NCBI GenBank assembly: GCA_964648855.1
Contig: CAZYLT010000005.1
Coordinates: 1 to 32,000, forward strand
From: an uncultured archaeon
GTDB taxonomy: Archaea; Asgardarchaeota; Thorarchaeia; Thorarchaeales; Thorarchaeaceae
Reading direction: 5' to 3'
Length of the DNA stretch: 32,000 nucleotides
Positions within the stretch are counted from its first letter, which is position 1; every line of letters starts with the position of its first letter. The notes beneath the pieces are model-generated. The model saw only the letters and a program-made list of their open reading frames with translations. It made no database searches and had not been told where the DNA came from. Position numbers and translations under genes: made by a program. Below, in pieces: positions 17,578 through 26,573 of this stretch.

Positions 17578-17611
17578 GAACCCCTCAGTGGGTTCCCCTC
17601 TTTTTCTCTTT
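17578..17611 (+). terminator. Hairpin + U-tract after gdhA
   Basis: GAACCC-CTCAGT-GGGTTC followed by CCCTC-TTTTTCTCTTT. Confidence 0.65.
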
Positions 17612-17655
17612 ATATCGCTAAAATTCCTGCAGTTTCTTAGAGCTGGGCTTGCAGT

Positions 17656-18261
17656 CTATTGTTTTATTATTTCTAGTAACTCATTCAGTCTACGCTTAAT
17701 ATCAGATTCAACCCTACTTAGTTCCACAAGCTTTCCTATTTGCTCAACTTTTCCTTTTCTATAAGCTTCATCCGAGATTTCGTTTTCTTCTCTTTGTTCA
17801 TGAAGTCTATCCATCTCGTCCGATATTTGCTTGCGCTGATGAGCAACAAGTTCGAATCCCTTCTTCAAGCTCATCCATTCGATCATTGCATTGCTTTTCT
17901 CTTGCTCTATTCTCTCTCTCCGCCGCTTTTGCTCTTCCTGCTCTTTAAGGGCCTTGTTTGCTGCTCTAATATCTCTCTGAATTTCAAATAGCCTAGCCTC
18001 TACTTCTCTTTTTACTTGAACAATCTCAGTTGATTCACGCCATTTCTCTCTGTATTGCTTAATATGTTCTTCTTCAGAGATGCTCCCCTCCTCGAGCCTA
18101 CTATCGAGTTCACTTAGTGCTTCTTGAACATTAGTTAATCTATTCTTTATCTCTTCATAGGATTTTCGCAGGCTCATCCATTCAACCGAATACTGTGAGA
18201 GTACCTCCTTAGAATCCAAATACAGGTTGTCTTCGGGGGTGTCCTTTCCGTGACTCATCAT
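17656..18261 (-). CDS. Internally duplicated coiled-coil protein, possibly CdvA-like
   Basis: Two repeats EWMSL(R/K)K...(G/N)(S/E)IS(E/D)E(E/A)(H/Y); all-helical; SD GGAGG. Confidence 0.75.
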   Translation of the reverse strand: MMSHGKDTPEDNLYLDSKEVLSQYSVEWMSLRKSYEEIKNRLTNVQEALSELDSRLEEGSISEEEHIKQYREKWRESTEIVQVKREVEARLFEIQRDIRAANKALKEQEEQKRRRERIEQEKSNAMIEWMSLKKGFELVAHQRKQISDEMDRLHEQREENEISDEAYRKGKVEQIGKLVELSRVESDIKRRLNELLEIIKQ

Positions 18262-18415
18262 CTATCCTCCGGCATCTAATTATGAATCAGCCAAGTAACT
18301 TAAGGCGTTTTCTGAGCTAACATAGGAGATGCCATTGTACTTCTGCTACCAAAGTCTTAGCAGAAATCGAATTTTTACCTATTCTCTTAAGAGGGAGTGT
18401 GTATTAACAACATAG

Positions 18416-19498
18416 GTGCGTGGGTCAATATTGAAGATTCAGATGGACCTATTACCAACTGGAGAAAGGAAGGAAAAACCTGAAAAGGTTGAAGATCTGT
18501 CTTTTGGGTCAATCTTCAGCGACCATATGTTTACTATGAGATACTCAGAAGGGCAGTGGCATTCGCCTCTAATCTCCCCATATTCTGCTTTGGAATTAGA
18601 TCCTGCATCCTTGGTATTGCACTATGGTCAGGGCATCTTCGAAGGTATGAAAGCATATAGTCGAGGTAGTGATGTGTATCTCTTCCGGCCAACTCAGAAC
18701 ATAAGTCGATTCAACAAGTCCGCATTAAGAATGGTCATGCCCCAAATCGATGAAGACTTCATGCTAGACGCGATTGAAAAGATAATACGCATCGAGAAAG
18801 AATGGATTCCATCTGAATCTGGAACCTCACTATATGTTCGACCAACAATGATTGCCACCGAAAGTAAACTGGGCGTGAAACCATCGGATGAGTATATTTT
18901 CTTCATAATCCTCAGTCCAGTGGGTCCCTATTTCAAAGAAGGCTTTAAGCCCATCAGAATAATGATTGCCGAAAGTCACGCAAGAGCAGCTCCTGGTGGC
19001 GTTGGAGCCGCAAAGACCATCGGAAATTATGCAGCTAGTCTAAAGGAAGAGAAGAAGGCTAAAAGCTCCGGGTATTCACAGGTCCTGTGGCTCGACGCAT
19101 GTGAAAGGAAATACTTGGAAGAAGTAGGAACCATGAATGTTTTCGTTGTTTTTGAAGACGAAATTGTTACTCCTGAACTTGGAGGGACCATACTACCTGG
19201 GATTACACGCGATTCGGTCATAACCCTGCTACGTGCATGGGGTGAGCATGTAACAGAGAGAAAGGTCTCTGTAGATGAATTACTTGGGGGAGTGCGCGAA
19301 GGTCGCTTAACGGAAATGTTCGGATGTGGTACTGCTGCTATTATCGCTCCTATCGGAGTTTTAGGCTACCAGGGTGAAGAACACCTCATCTCAGATGGCA
19401 GAACTGGAAATATCACGAAGAGGCTGTATGATGAACTAACCGGAATCCAATGTGGTGAGAGAAAGGACAACTATGACTGGGTACATCTAGTATGCTGA
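18416..19498 (+). CDS. ilvE: Branched-chain amino acid aminotransferase
   Basis: LHYGQGIFEGMKAY, LFRP, LYVRP, AKTIGNYAASL, EVGTMN, ILPGITRDS, GTAA. Exact start uncertain (18416/18431/18443). Confidence 0.95.
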   Translation: MRGSILKIQMDLLPTGERKEKPEKVEDLSFGSIFSDHMFTMRYSEGQWHSPLISPYSALELDPASLVLHYGQGIFEGMKAYSRGSDVYLFRPTQNISRFNKSALRMVMPQIDEDFMLDAIEKIIRIEKEWIPSESGTSLYVRPTMIATESKLGVKPSDEYIFFIILSPVGPYFKEGFKPIRIMIAESHARAAPGGVGAAKTIGNYAASLKEEKKAKSSGYSQVLWLDACERKYLEEVGTMNVFVVFEDEIVTPELGGTILPGITRDSVITLLRAWGEHVTERKVSVDELLGGVREGRLTEMFGCGTAAIIAPIGVLGYQGEEHLISDGRTGNITKRLYDELTGIQCGERKDNYDWVHLVC

Positions 19499-19504
19499 AT
19501 TATC

Positions 19505-19999
19505 CTAAGAATCCCGCTTGAGTTCGTCTGACTCTATCTCCGACTCTGATATTGGTGGGCTATCCTCTTCCAATGATTCCCAATCCGGAGGTGGTTCAAG
19601 GTATGCCTCTCTGGGAATTTCTTCATCACTAGCTTCCTCATTGGCATATTCCTCATCTTCCGCTTCGTAATCTAGCGAATCTTCCTCACCATATTCGTAG
19701 GATTCGTCTTCCTCATAGTCGTAAGAATCTTCTTCCTCTTCATCATCTCCCCAAGACTCCTCTTCCCCTTCATCTTCCTCCCAATCTTCTTCTTCCTCTT
19801 CATCATCTCCCCAAGACTCCTCTTCCCATTCATCTTCGTCAGGAATCTCCAATGTGGCTACAAGCCCTCCAGTTTCAAGCTTGTCTATAAGAAGCTTGAA
19901 CATCCGTTCTATGACCTCGCTACGTCCCCTTGCCTCAAATTCGATGTCGCCAATTTCAAATTCCATCTCGATATAGTCATCCTTTTTCTCATTATCCAT
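19505..19999 (-). CDS. Small folded domain plus very acidic low-complexity tail
   Basis: Likely start MDNEKK at 19999; short beta-beta-alpha-like N-terminus followed by >100 residues of D/E-rich sequence punctuated by W/Y. Confidence 0.75.
   Translation of the reverse strand: MDNEKKDDYIEMEFEIGDIEFEARGRSEVIERMFKLLIDKLETGGLVATLEIPDEDEWEEESWGDDEEEEEDWEEDEGEEESWGDDEEEEDSYDYEEDESYEYGEEDSLDYEAEDEEYANEEASDEEIPREAYLEPPPDWESLEEDSPPISESEIESDELKRDS
19728..19840. repeat. Tandem duplication, 60-bp period, inside the acidic protein gene
   Basis: 19728-19780 and 19788-19840 match over 53 bp with 2 mismatches; encodes EEESWGDDEEEE twice. Confidence 0.9.
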
Positions 20000-20115
20000 G
20001 GGATTCACATCGCATTGAGAAACATCGAATGCATATAAACGCTTCAAATGCATACCGTCTTATTAGCTAAACCTTTTAGCCAGTAACCTATCCAAATTCT
20101 CTTCGGGTACCAACC

Positions 20116-20622
20116 GTGCCATCGCAGCTAATCGTAGACTATTCGAAATGTACGGGATGTAGAATCTGTGAACTCGCCTGTAGTGCAAAGCATGAGAAGA
20201 CATTTCAGCCCAGTCTAGCGCGTCTTAAGATTGTGAAGTATGATGATTTGGGTGTTGATATTCCCCATGTTTGCGGCCCCTGTGAAGATGCACCATGCGT
20301 TGACATCTGTCCAGTATATGCGATGCGGCGCGATCCAGAAACGAATATGGTGTTCATTGACCAAGATAAATGCATACTATGCAAATCCTGCGTTGGTGTT
20401 TGCGTCAATGGCGTTATTCGTCTTGATACTCAGAAGATGCGAATCATCAAATGCGATCATTGTGACGGAGATCCTGAATGTGCAAAGGTATGTCCTACAG
20501 GTGCAATTCGGTACGGACCGATTAGTCCAATTGATACCGTAGATAAACACTCGAAGGTGTCGACATATCTCAGCGAGATTTCAAGGACTGCGAAACCAGC
20601 AAAACCATCGGAGGAGGCATAG
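20116..20622 (+). CDS. 4x[4Fe-4S] electron-transfer subunit (DmsB/HycB-like) of aldehyde oxidoreductase
   Basis: CTGCRICELAC, CGPCEDAPCVDICP, CILCKSCVGVC, CDHC..DPECAKVCP. Confidence 0.93.
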   Translation: MPSQLIVDYSKCTGCRICELACSAKHEKTFQPSLARLKIVKYDDLGVDIPHVCGPCEDAPCVDICPVYAMRRDPETNMVFIDQDKCILCKSCVGVCVNGVIRLDTQKMRIIKCDHCDGDPECAKVCPTGAIRYGPISPIDTVDKHSKVSTYLSEISRTAKPAKPSEEA

Positions 20623-22509
20623 TTGGGTAGAGGCGGATATACTGGTCGTATCCTTCGGGTTGATTTGACATCAGACAAATTCGCCATCGAGAACACACCC
20701 TCAGATTGGATACGAGAATACATTGGGGGGGATGGATTTGCTCTTCGTCTACTGTATGAGGAAGTGAAGGGTGGCACAGACCCACTATCACCTGACAATA
20801 AACTGATTATCTCAACCGGGCCTATAACAGGCACTTTGTGGCCAATGAGCGGCAGAACCGTTTTTGTTAGCAAATCGCCCCTGACAGGCATATGGGGCGA
20901 AAGCCACGTCGGGGGCTTTCTTGGTCCAGAACTCAAATATGCCGGTTACGATATGCTGGTCATTGAGGGCCGAGCAGAGAAGCCGGTGTATATTTCGATT
21001 CAGGATAACGATCTAGAGATCCTTGACGCTAGCGAATTATGGGGCATGAAAACAAACGAGGTTTCGGCAGAAATCAGAAGAAAAACTGCTGATCCAGATA
21101 CTCAAATCGCGGCAATCGGGCCTGCAGGTGAGAACCTTGTGGGCTTCTCCTCCATTATTATAAACAATGCTAGAGCAGCAGGACGAACGGGCATGGGTGC
21201 TGTCTTAGGCTCGAAGAATGTGAAAGCAGTTGCCATTAGAGGCACTGGAGGAGTGGATGTTGCAGACCATGAGGGTTTTACGGAACTTGCAAAGAAGGCC
21301 CATATGAGGGTTCGAAAGGACCCCCAAGCACAAGAGATGCATAAATGGGGGACATGGATTCTAACATCTGTCAAGCAAGAAATTGGTGAGTTGCCAACCT
21401 ATAATCATCGTACCGGGGTATTCTCTGGGTGGGAGGCACTGAGCGGCGAATACATCCAGCCCCGGTTCACTATATCTGACCGGGCATGCTTCGGGTGTTC
21501 CTTAGGTTGTAAGAAAGTAAACTATGTACCTGAAGGCGAATTCGAAGGAACTCTTGAAGAGGGGCCAGAATATGAGGGTTTGATGGCGATTGGTAGCAGC
21601 CTGGGCATTGATGACTATCCGACCACCCTGAAAGCAAATCAAATGTGCAATAGATATGGAATGGATATCATTTCAGCTGGCGGAACACTGGCCTTTGCTA
21701 TTGAAGCGTTTGAGAATGGTGAAATCGATAAGGATGACACCGGTGGAATTGAGCTGGAGTGGGGCAACTCAAAACAAGCTATTGAGCTATTAAGAATGAT
21801 TGGAGAACGAGAGGGCTTTGGTGACATTCTAGCGAAAGGTAGTAAGGCTGCATCCGAAGAGCTAGGTGAGAACACGAAAAAGTATGCAATGCATGTCAAG
21901 GGGCTTGAGGTGTCCGGGCAAGATGGTCGAACACATCGAAGCATTGGACTATCCCATGCAACTGCTGCAAGAGGTGCTGACCACCTGAGAAGTCTCGTAG
22001 TAGTCGACCAATTGGGTTATGAAGATGTGGCCGCCAAAAGATGGGGCGTAGACAAGCTACCAGAAATTCTCAATCCATATGTTGAGAAGTACAAGGCTGC
22101 TGCGGTCGTAGAAACTGAGAATGCGTATTGTATTCGTGATACTTTGATTGTATGCTGGTACTCGGTTTCTTGGCCGCCTATTTTCTGGATGGAGGACTTC
22201 GCAGAGGTACTTCCATTAGCAACTGGTGAGAGTTACTTCGGGAACACTGAAAACCTAACTGAGATCGCTGAAAGACAGCTAAATCTCAAGCGTCTGTTCA
22301 ATGCTCGAGAAGGCATAACAAGAAAAGACGATATGTTGCCTCGGCGCTTCACCCATGAACCAATGCCTGAAGGACCAGGTAAGGGTCAAGTTGTTGATTT
22401 GGAGCCCATGCTTGATGATTACTATCGGAGGAGAGGCTGGGACAAAGAAACAGGCCTTCCAACCTCTGAAACATTAAAGCGCCTATCACTAGGTTGGGCA
22501 GAAATTTAG
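20623..22509 (+). CDS. aor: Tungsten-dependent aldehyde:ferredoxin oxidoreductase family protein
   Basis: GY.GRILRVDL, KSPLTG, IGPAGEN, AGR.GMGAV.GSKN.KA, CFGCSLGC, GPEYE, C..YGMD.IS, RGADH, YY..RGWD. SD GGAGGAGG; TTG start abuts the upstream stop. Confidence 0.95.
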   Translation: MGRGGYTGRILRVDLTSDKFAIENTPSDWIREYIGGDGFALRLLYEEVKGGTDPLSPDNKLIISTGPITGTLWPMSGRTVFVSKSPLTGIWGESHVGGFLGPELKYAGYDMLVIEGRAEKPVYISIQDNDLEILDASELWGMKTNEVSAEIRRKTADPDTQIAAIGPAGENLVGFSSIIINNARAAGRTGMGAVLGSKNVKAVAIRGTGGVDVADHEGFTELAKKAHMRVRKDPQAQEMHKWGTWILTSVKQEIGELPTYNHRTGVFSGWEALSGEYIQPRFTISDRACFGCSLGCKKVNYVPEGEFEGTLEEGPEYEGLMAIGSSLGIDDYPTTLKANQMCNRYGMDIISAGGTLAFAIEAFENGEIDKDDTGGIELEWGNSKQAIELLRMIGEREGFGDILAKGSKAASEELGENTKKYAMHVKGLEVSGQDGRTHRSIGLSHATAARGADHLRSLVVVDQLGYEDVAAKRWGVDKLPEILNPYVEKYKAAAVVETENAYCIRDTLIVCWYSVSWPPIFWMEDFAEVLPLATGESYFGNTENLTEIAERQLNLKRLFNAREGITRKDDMLPRRFTHEPMPEGPGKGQVVDLEPMLDDYYRRRGWDKETGLPTSETLKRLSLGWAEI

Positions 22510-22527
22510 GCTGACGGCTGAATTTCG

Positions 22528-23490
22528 TTACATCCTATTATACTGCACAGTATGAGTGTGACCACAATGCGGGCAGGAGTATTGATCGGGTCCAGTCCAA
22601 TCGATATGTTCCCAAGACATTGGAGCTCCACAGGTGTCGCATTTGTTTTTTATCACTGGCCGGACAAAAACAGTTGAACCACTTGCCTTGCTAGTTGAGT
22701 CCATCTCTATTTCATTAGATGTTTCTTGAGCTACTGGACTATAGGTTTGTGATGCAGTATCTGCAACTTCATATTGAGAGAGCGGATGTCGGGCCTGAAT
22801 ATAGCGGAAGGGGCGAACTAACCAATCTAGGTGCTCCTTTGGTAGTGTGGACCATTCTCGGTTTTGCCATACCGTCAACATATGATCTTGTCGTGGCACG
22901 TGTCCTCTTACTTCAAAGTTACCTGTTGTTGCCTTAATGTTCAGCTTGCCCTGTCTTGCCTCGAAAGTTTCTATCATGTAGAATGGGAACATGTACAGCT
23001 TGTTTTTTCTAGAGTCCCGTTGATAAAGCCTGTAATTTGTCATAACGAAATTGTCTGGATAATATGTGAAGACAGCTTCTCCTTTTAGCCATGCAAATTC
23101 GGTGTAGAAGTGTTTCGAGAATTTCCGGTGATATCCAACGGATACCCACCGATTATAGGGCTGATTTGGATGGACAAAAGCCACTCCACAGACTTCGCAT
23201 ATTTTTCGTTGTTCACCGATATTGAGGTTCTCAAACTCCCGTAGTCCCAAAGCTCCTCGCAACTCCTCACGACGAGGCATCGCACCTAGAACATTGATAA
23301 TGCCATTGATTACCTTGAACATGGCAGCTCTTGAGGTCAGTTTGTATTCTTTTATGATATGCAGCGGAATGCTAACCACAGTTCTTGAACCGCGGTCATA
23401 TTGAACAAGCCTGTAGTTGCTAATAAGATACTCACTACTTTCAGCAATCAGGCGTTCTCCATTAATGGGGATGTAAGTCAGGGTTGTCAA
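22528..23490 (-). CDS. Hypothetical protein with two PH-like (bPH/GRAM-like) repeats and C-terminal Zn ribbon
   Basis: Repeats E...(IS/MT)NYRL..D.....(SIP/MFP)...I.....G...V.G..PR; C-terminal CDTC...CPHC; SD GAGGT. Confidence 0.7.
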   Translation of the reverse strand: MTTLTYIPINGERLIAESSEYLISNYRLVQYDRGSRTVVSIPLHIIKEYKLTSRAAMFKVINGIINVLGAMPRREELRGALGLREFENLNIGEQRKICEVCGVAFVHPNQPYNRWVSVGYHRKFSKHFYTEFAWLKGEAVFTYYPDNFVMTNYRLYQRDSRKNKLYMFPFYMIETFEARQGKLNIKATTGNFEVRGHVPRQDHMLTVWQNREWSTLPKEHLDWLVRPFRYIQARHPLSQYEVADTASQTYSPVAQETSNEIEMDSTSKASGSTVFVRPVIKNKCDTCGAPMSWEHIDWTGPDQYSCPHCGHTHTVQYNRM

Positions 23491-23587
23491 GAGTCTTTAC
23501 CTCAGAATAACTTGCATTGAGGAAATCTACACTTAGGCGTATTAAAAGGTTGAGCGTAGACATTCTCCAATATGGATTCAAACATAA

Positions 23588-23815
23588 TCACTGTCTGGGA
23601 ATAGAGATATAGAGGATATCTTCGTATCCCAATACCCCATATCCTGAAGGATTCTCCAGCTTGATATGGTCCTCATAAATCTCATTCACAGTGACGTTTG
23701 GGATCTTTGCAAGCGTTTCTTTCTGCATATAGCGAAGATACACCGTGAAGGTCTTTCCTGATGTTTTCAAATCTTGAAAAATACTCTTCCAATTGGGCAT
23801 GTCATTTTCCTCCAT
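23588..23815 (-). CDS. Small hypothetical protein, possible Sm/SH3-like beta-barrel
   Basis: Helix followed by ~5 predicted strands (FTVYL, VTVNEI, DHIKL, GVLGY, ILYISI). Start may be 23800 (SD GGAGG). Confidence 0.7.
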   Translation of the reverse strand: MEENDMPNWKSIFQDLKTSGKTFTVYLRYMQKETLAKIPNVTVNEIYEDHIKLENPSGYGVLGYEDILYISIPRQ

Positions 23816-23880
23816 AATTGTGCAACAGACTAGCGAATTTAACAGTTGCTGCTTACAAAAATAGTTGCAGATTATTCTTA

Positions 23881-24348
23881 CTAATGTGATGGCTTCTGCA
23901 ATGTCTTACTGTACAATGATGGCCTTAAGCCGAGGTTTCTGAGGGTGTCACCAAGTACTCTCTTCACATCTTCGTTGGATTCAAAATGAATGAGATGGGA
24001 TTCACATCCGGATCTGCAATCACTTGCTCCAAACTTCTTTGGCCCCCAGTTTCCCTTTTTGCGAGAAGCAAGAGTCTTGGCAACCAAACATTCAAGCGGC
24101 TCATCACTTTCTGAGAAGATGGCTTCTTTGACTGTGACATCCGCATCTAGAAGATAATCTATGTGCCAATGGAGTCTCTTCTCTTTTCTGAAATGTCTAC
24201 TTAACCTGTTTTCTATGCTTGTTGATTTTCCTCGGGCAGATCCCACGTAAACATAGAACCCCTCAAGAAAACATATCTCACCGAGAGCGCCAACATGCAC
24301 TTTGATTGGATGGGACACCATTACTATCAATCCATACACGCCCTTCAA
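23881..24348 (-). CDS. GIY-YIG (Uri/DUF123) endonuclease-like protein
   Basis: KGVY, G.YVYVGSA, RL.RH, HWHIDYL, EC, FGASDC..GC.SHL. Confidence 0.9.
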   Translation of the reverse strand: MKGVYGLIVMVSHPIKVHVGALGEICFLEGFYVYVGSARGKSTSIENRLSRHFRKEKRLHWHIDYLLDADVTVKEAIFSESDEPLECLVAKTLASRKKGNWGPKKFGASDCRSGCESHLIHFESNEDVKRVLGDTLRNLGLRPSLYSKTLQKPSH

Positions 24349-24372
24349 TTCTTGCTCTCCTCCATTCAGTAA

Positions 24373-25428
24373 TCATGTTTCTTGGGAAAGATTTCGCCTC
24401 TTCAGATATTCTACTGATGGCTTTAGGATATTGTTGATTTGCTGAAGTGCTTGTCCTGTTGTCAGGACACCAGCCTCTGATTCTCGTAGCACACGGTAAA
24501 TCGATGGCCCTATCATTTTCCATCCTTGCTGATGACACCTTGAAAGCAATCTACATCCGAACCGCTCCTGTCCTTCGGAAATCCCAAGACGTGATGAAAT
24601 TTCTCTATTTCTATACTTCGAGAGTGAGAGAGCAGCTGGCAAATGAATGACTGTCAAGTCATCCAATAATTCAATACTCTGTCGTCCTGTTGGCAGTAGT
24701 TCACCCGTAAGCAGAACGTCAAACCCTAGATCTCTTGCTGAGTTTCTCATGCACTCCATCGTGATCGAGTGGCATTGTCCACATGGATGAATCTTGCCCT
24801 TGAGTGCATCCTCGAAAATCTTGTCTACCTCGGAAGTTGCATCAATAAAACGCTGCGATGCTCCCAGCTTTTCAGCTAGTTTTCTAACGGCAATTTTCTG
24901 AGAATCATCCATCACTTGGTACCCCAAGTCTGCGGTTAGGCTGATCACCGACATCGATTTTCTGGTCGCCCAATACAATGCAGCTCCACTATCAACACCA
25001 CCAGAGAATGCTACTGCAACTCTCATGTCGGTATCATCTCTTTTCATGTTGATTTGCATTCTTGGATAGTCCCTTTCCCGTTGGACTTCCTTTCTCAATT
25101 GCTGCAATATCTGCCTTTGATTGACTGAAGAATATTGAAGCACGTCACTTATTCTCTGAAGTGTCATACCAAGTTTCTCCTCTCTCAACAGCAATTCATT
25201 TTTGGAGTGAATGGTAATCGCCTTTCTGAAGGTATCACTCAGTTTTGCGGCTATCCTCCCGCCAGGGCCAATTAGAAGGCTCTTTTCCGACCTATCAGGC
25301 ACAATCACATGCAGCTGGTCTTCAGTTTCAATAATATCTGATACAATAGGAGCGACCCCCCGTTTGTAATCCAAAGCATTTCTTATGGTTTGCACCGCTG
25401 CTGAAAATTGATTCCTATTTACCATCAT
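24373..25428 (-). CDS. KH-domain + PP-loop ATPase (COG1365-like)
   Basis: PDRSEKS..IGPGG (KH GxxG), VAFSGGVDS (PP-loop), HPCGQCH, GELL.TG, FGC.L. Confidence 0.85.
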   Translation of the reverse strand: MMVNRNQFSAAVQTIRNALDYKRGVAPIVSDIIETEDQLHVIVPDRSEKSLLIGPGGRIAAKLSDTFRKAITIHSKNELLLREEKLGMTLQRISDVLQYSSVNQRQILQQLRKEVQRERDYPRMQINMKRDDTDMRVAVAFSGGVDSGAALYWATRKSMSVISLTADLGYQVMDDSQKIAVRKLAEKLGASQRFIDATSEVDKIFEDALKGKIHPCGQCHSITMECMRNSARDLGFDVLLTGELLPTGRQSIELLDDLTVIHLPAALSLSKYRNREISSRLGISEGQERFGCRLLSRCHQQGWKMIGPSIYRVLRESEAGVLTTGQALQQINNILKPSVEYLKRRNLSQET

Positions 25429-25498
25429 GAAACCTCCAGTGATTCCAAAAGCGCCTCATTGGCGATAGCATCTTAAGGACTGATGAAGTAATCGGATT

Positions 25499-26452
25499 GT
25501 GAAAATGGTTTCTCGAGAGATTGTTCCTGGAATAGTATCAATTCAAGGCGACTATGAACCTGGCTTTGGGTATCTAACCAGCCACCTGATACTTGGGGAT
25601 GAGGTTCTCGTAGTCGTTGATCCAGGAACGGCTGGTTCACCAGGTCGCGAAATCATCGAAACAATTGAAGAGTTGGGCTTCAATTCAAAAAGCGATGTTG
25701 CTGCTATTCTCTGTACTCATGGGCACCCAGACCATATTGGGGGTTGTCATAGAATTCAGAAACACACAGATGCTCCCATTATGATTCACAAATTGGATGC
25801 CAAGCTAATTGAAAAACCCTCCTCTTTCATAAAGGACAGACTAAGACTGGATTTTGCCGGAAGATTGTCAATGAAACTTGAGAGAGGACCACTCAAGGTC
25901 AATTACAAATCTATGAGTGTGGATAAACGACTCAAGGGTAACGAATTGCTGAGTTTTGGTGATATTGAGATTGAGGTTAGATATACCGGAGGGCATTCAC
26001 AGGGTCACTGCGCATTCTATGTGAGGGATAAGAAAACGGTCTTTTCGGGAGATGAAATCAACAATTATCCCAATAATCCTCGACAATTCTATGTCGACCT
26101 ATCAGGTAGTCTGACTGCAAAAGCTGATGCTGCAAGAAAGCTTCAAGAACTTGAAATTAGCACCCTGATTCCAAGTCACGATGAAGTGCATCTCAATGGA
26201 GATGTGGACCTACAACTCAAAGAGGTTCGAAGCGGTGTAATCGATTTTCAGGATGCTATTCTAAATCACGTTTCTGCTCGTGGTGATGTAGATATTGAGC
26301 AATTGGTATACGATATAGAGCAGTCTAGAAGCGTTCCTATTCCTGACGGGTTAGATTCCCTCTTGCCAACGACTATCGTGGTGTGCCTACAAGATTTGCA
26401 AAAAGCTGGGCTTGTCCGTCAAGACCTAGACGACATATGGCACAAAACATGA
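25499..26452 (+). CDS. Metallo-beta-lactamase fold hydrolase with C-terminal wHTH-like extension
   Basis: VDPG, THGHPDH.GG, GHS.GH, FSGD, PSH. Confidence 0.9.
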   Translation: MKMVSREIVPGIVSIQGDYEPGFGYLTSHLILGDEVLVVVDPGTAGSPGREIIETIEELGFNSKSDVAAILCTHGHPDHIGGCHRIQKHTDAPIMIHKLDAKLIEKPSSFIKDRLRLDFAGRLSMKLERGPLKVNYKSMSVDKRLKGNELLSFGDIEIEVRYTGGHSQGHCAFYVRDKKTVFSGDEINNYPNNPRQFYVDLSGSLTAKADAARKLQELEISTLIPSHDEVHLNGDVDLQLKEVRSGVIDFQDAILNHVSARGDVDIEQLVYDIEQSRSVPIPDGLDSLLPTTIVVCLQDLQKAGLVRQDLDDIWHKT

Positions 26453-26573
26453 GTTTGAAAGCCGCTACATTCGAGCTATATTCAAAAGATTCCCCCTATT
26501 ATTCTCAATGGTGCTAATCAAACTTCACAGTTTGAATGCTAGAATAGATGCCTTAGCGAGAAGTGAATAATCA

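Noticed and set aside
19728-19840. Direct repeat considered as a CRISPR array
   Set aside because: Only two copies, in-frame within a CDS, with no unique spacers and no cas genes.
23881-24348. GIY-YIG protein as a homing endonuclease/mobile element
   Set aside because: Matches the stand-alone DUF123/Uri-type pattern; no intron, intein or terminal repeats around it.
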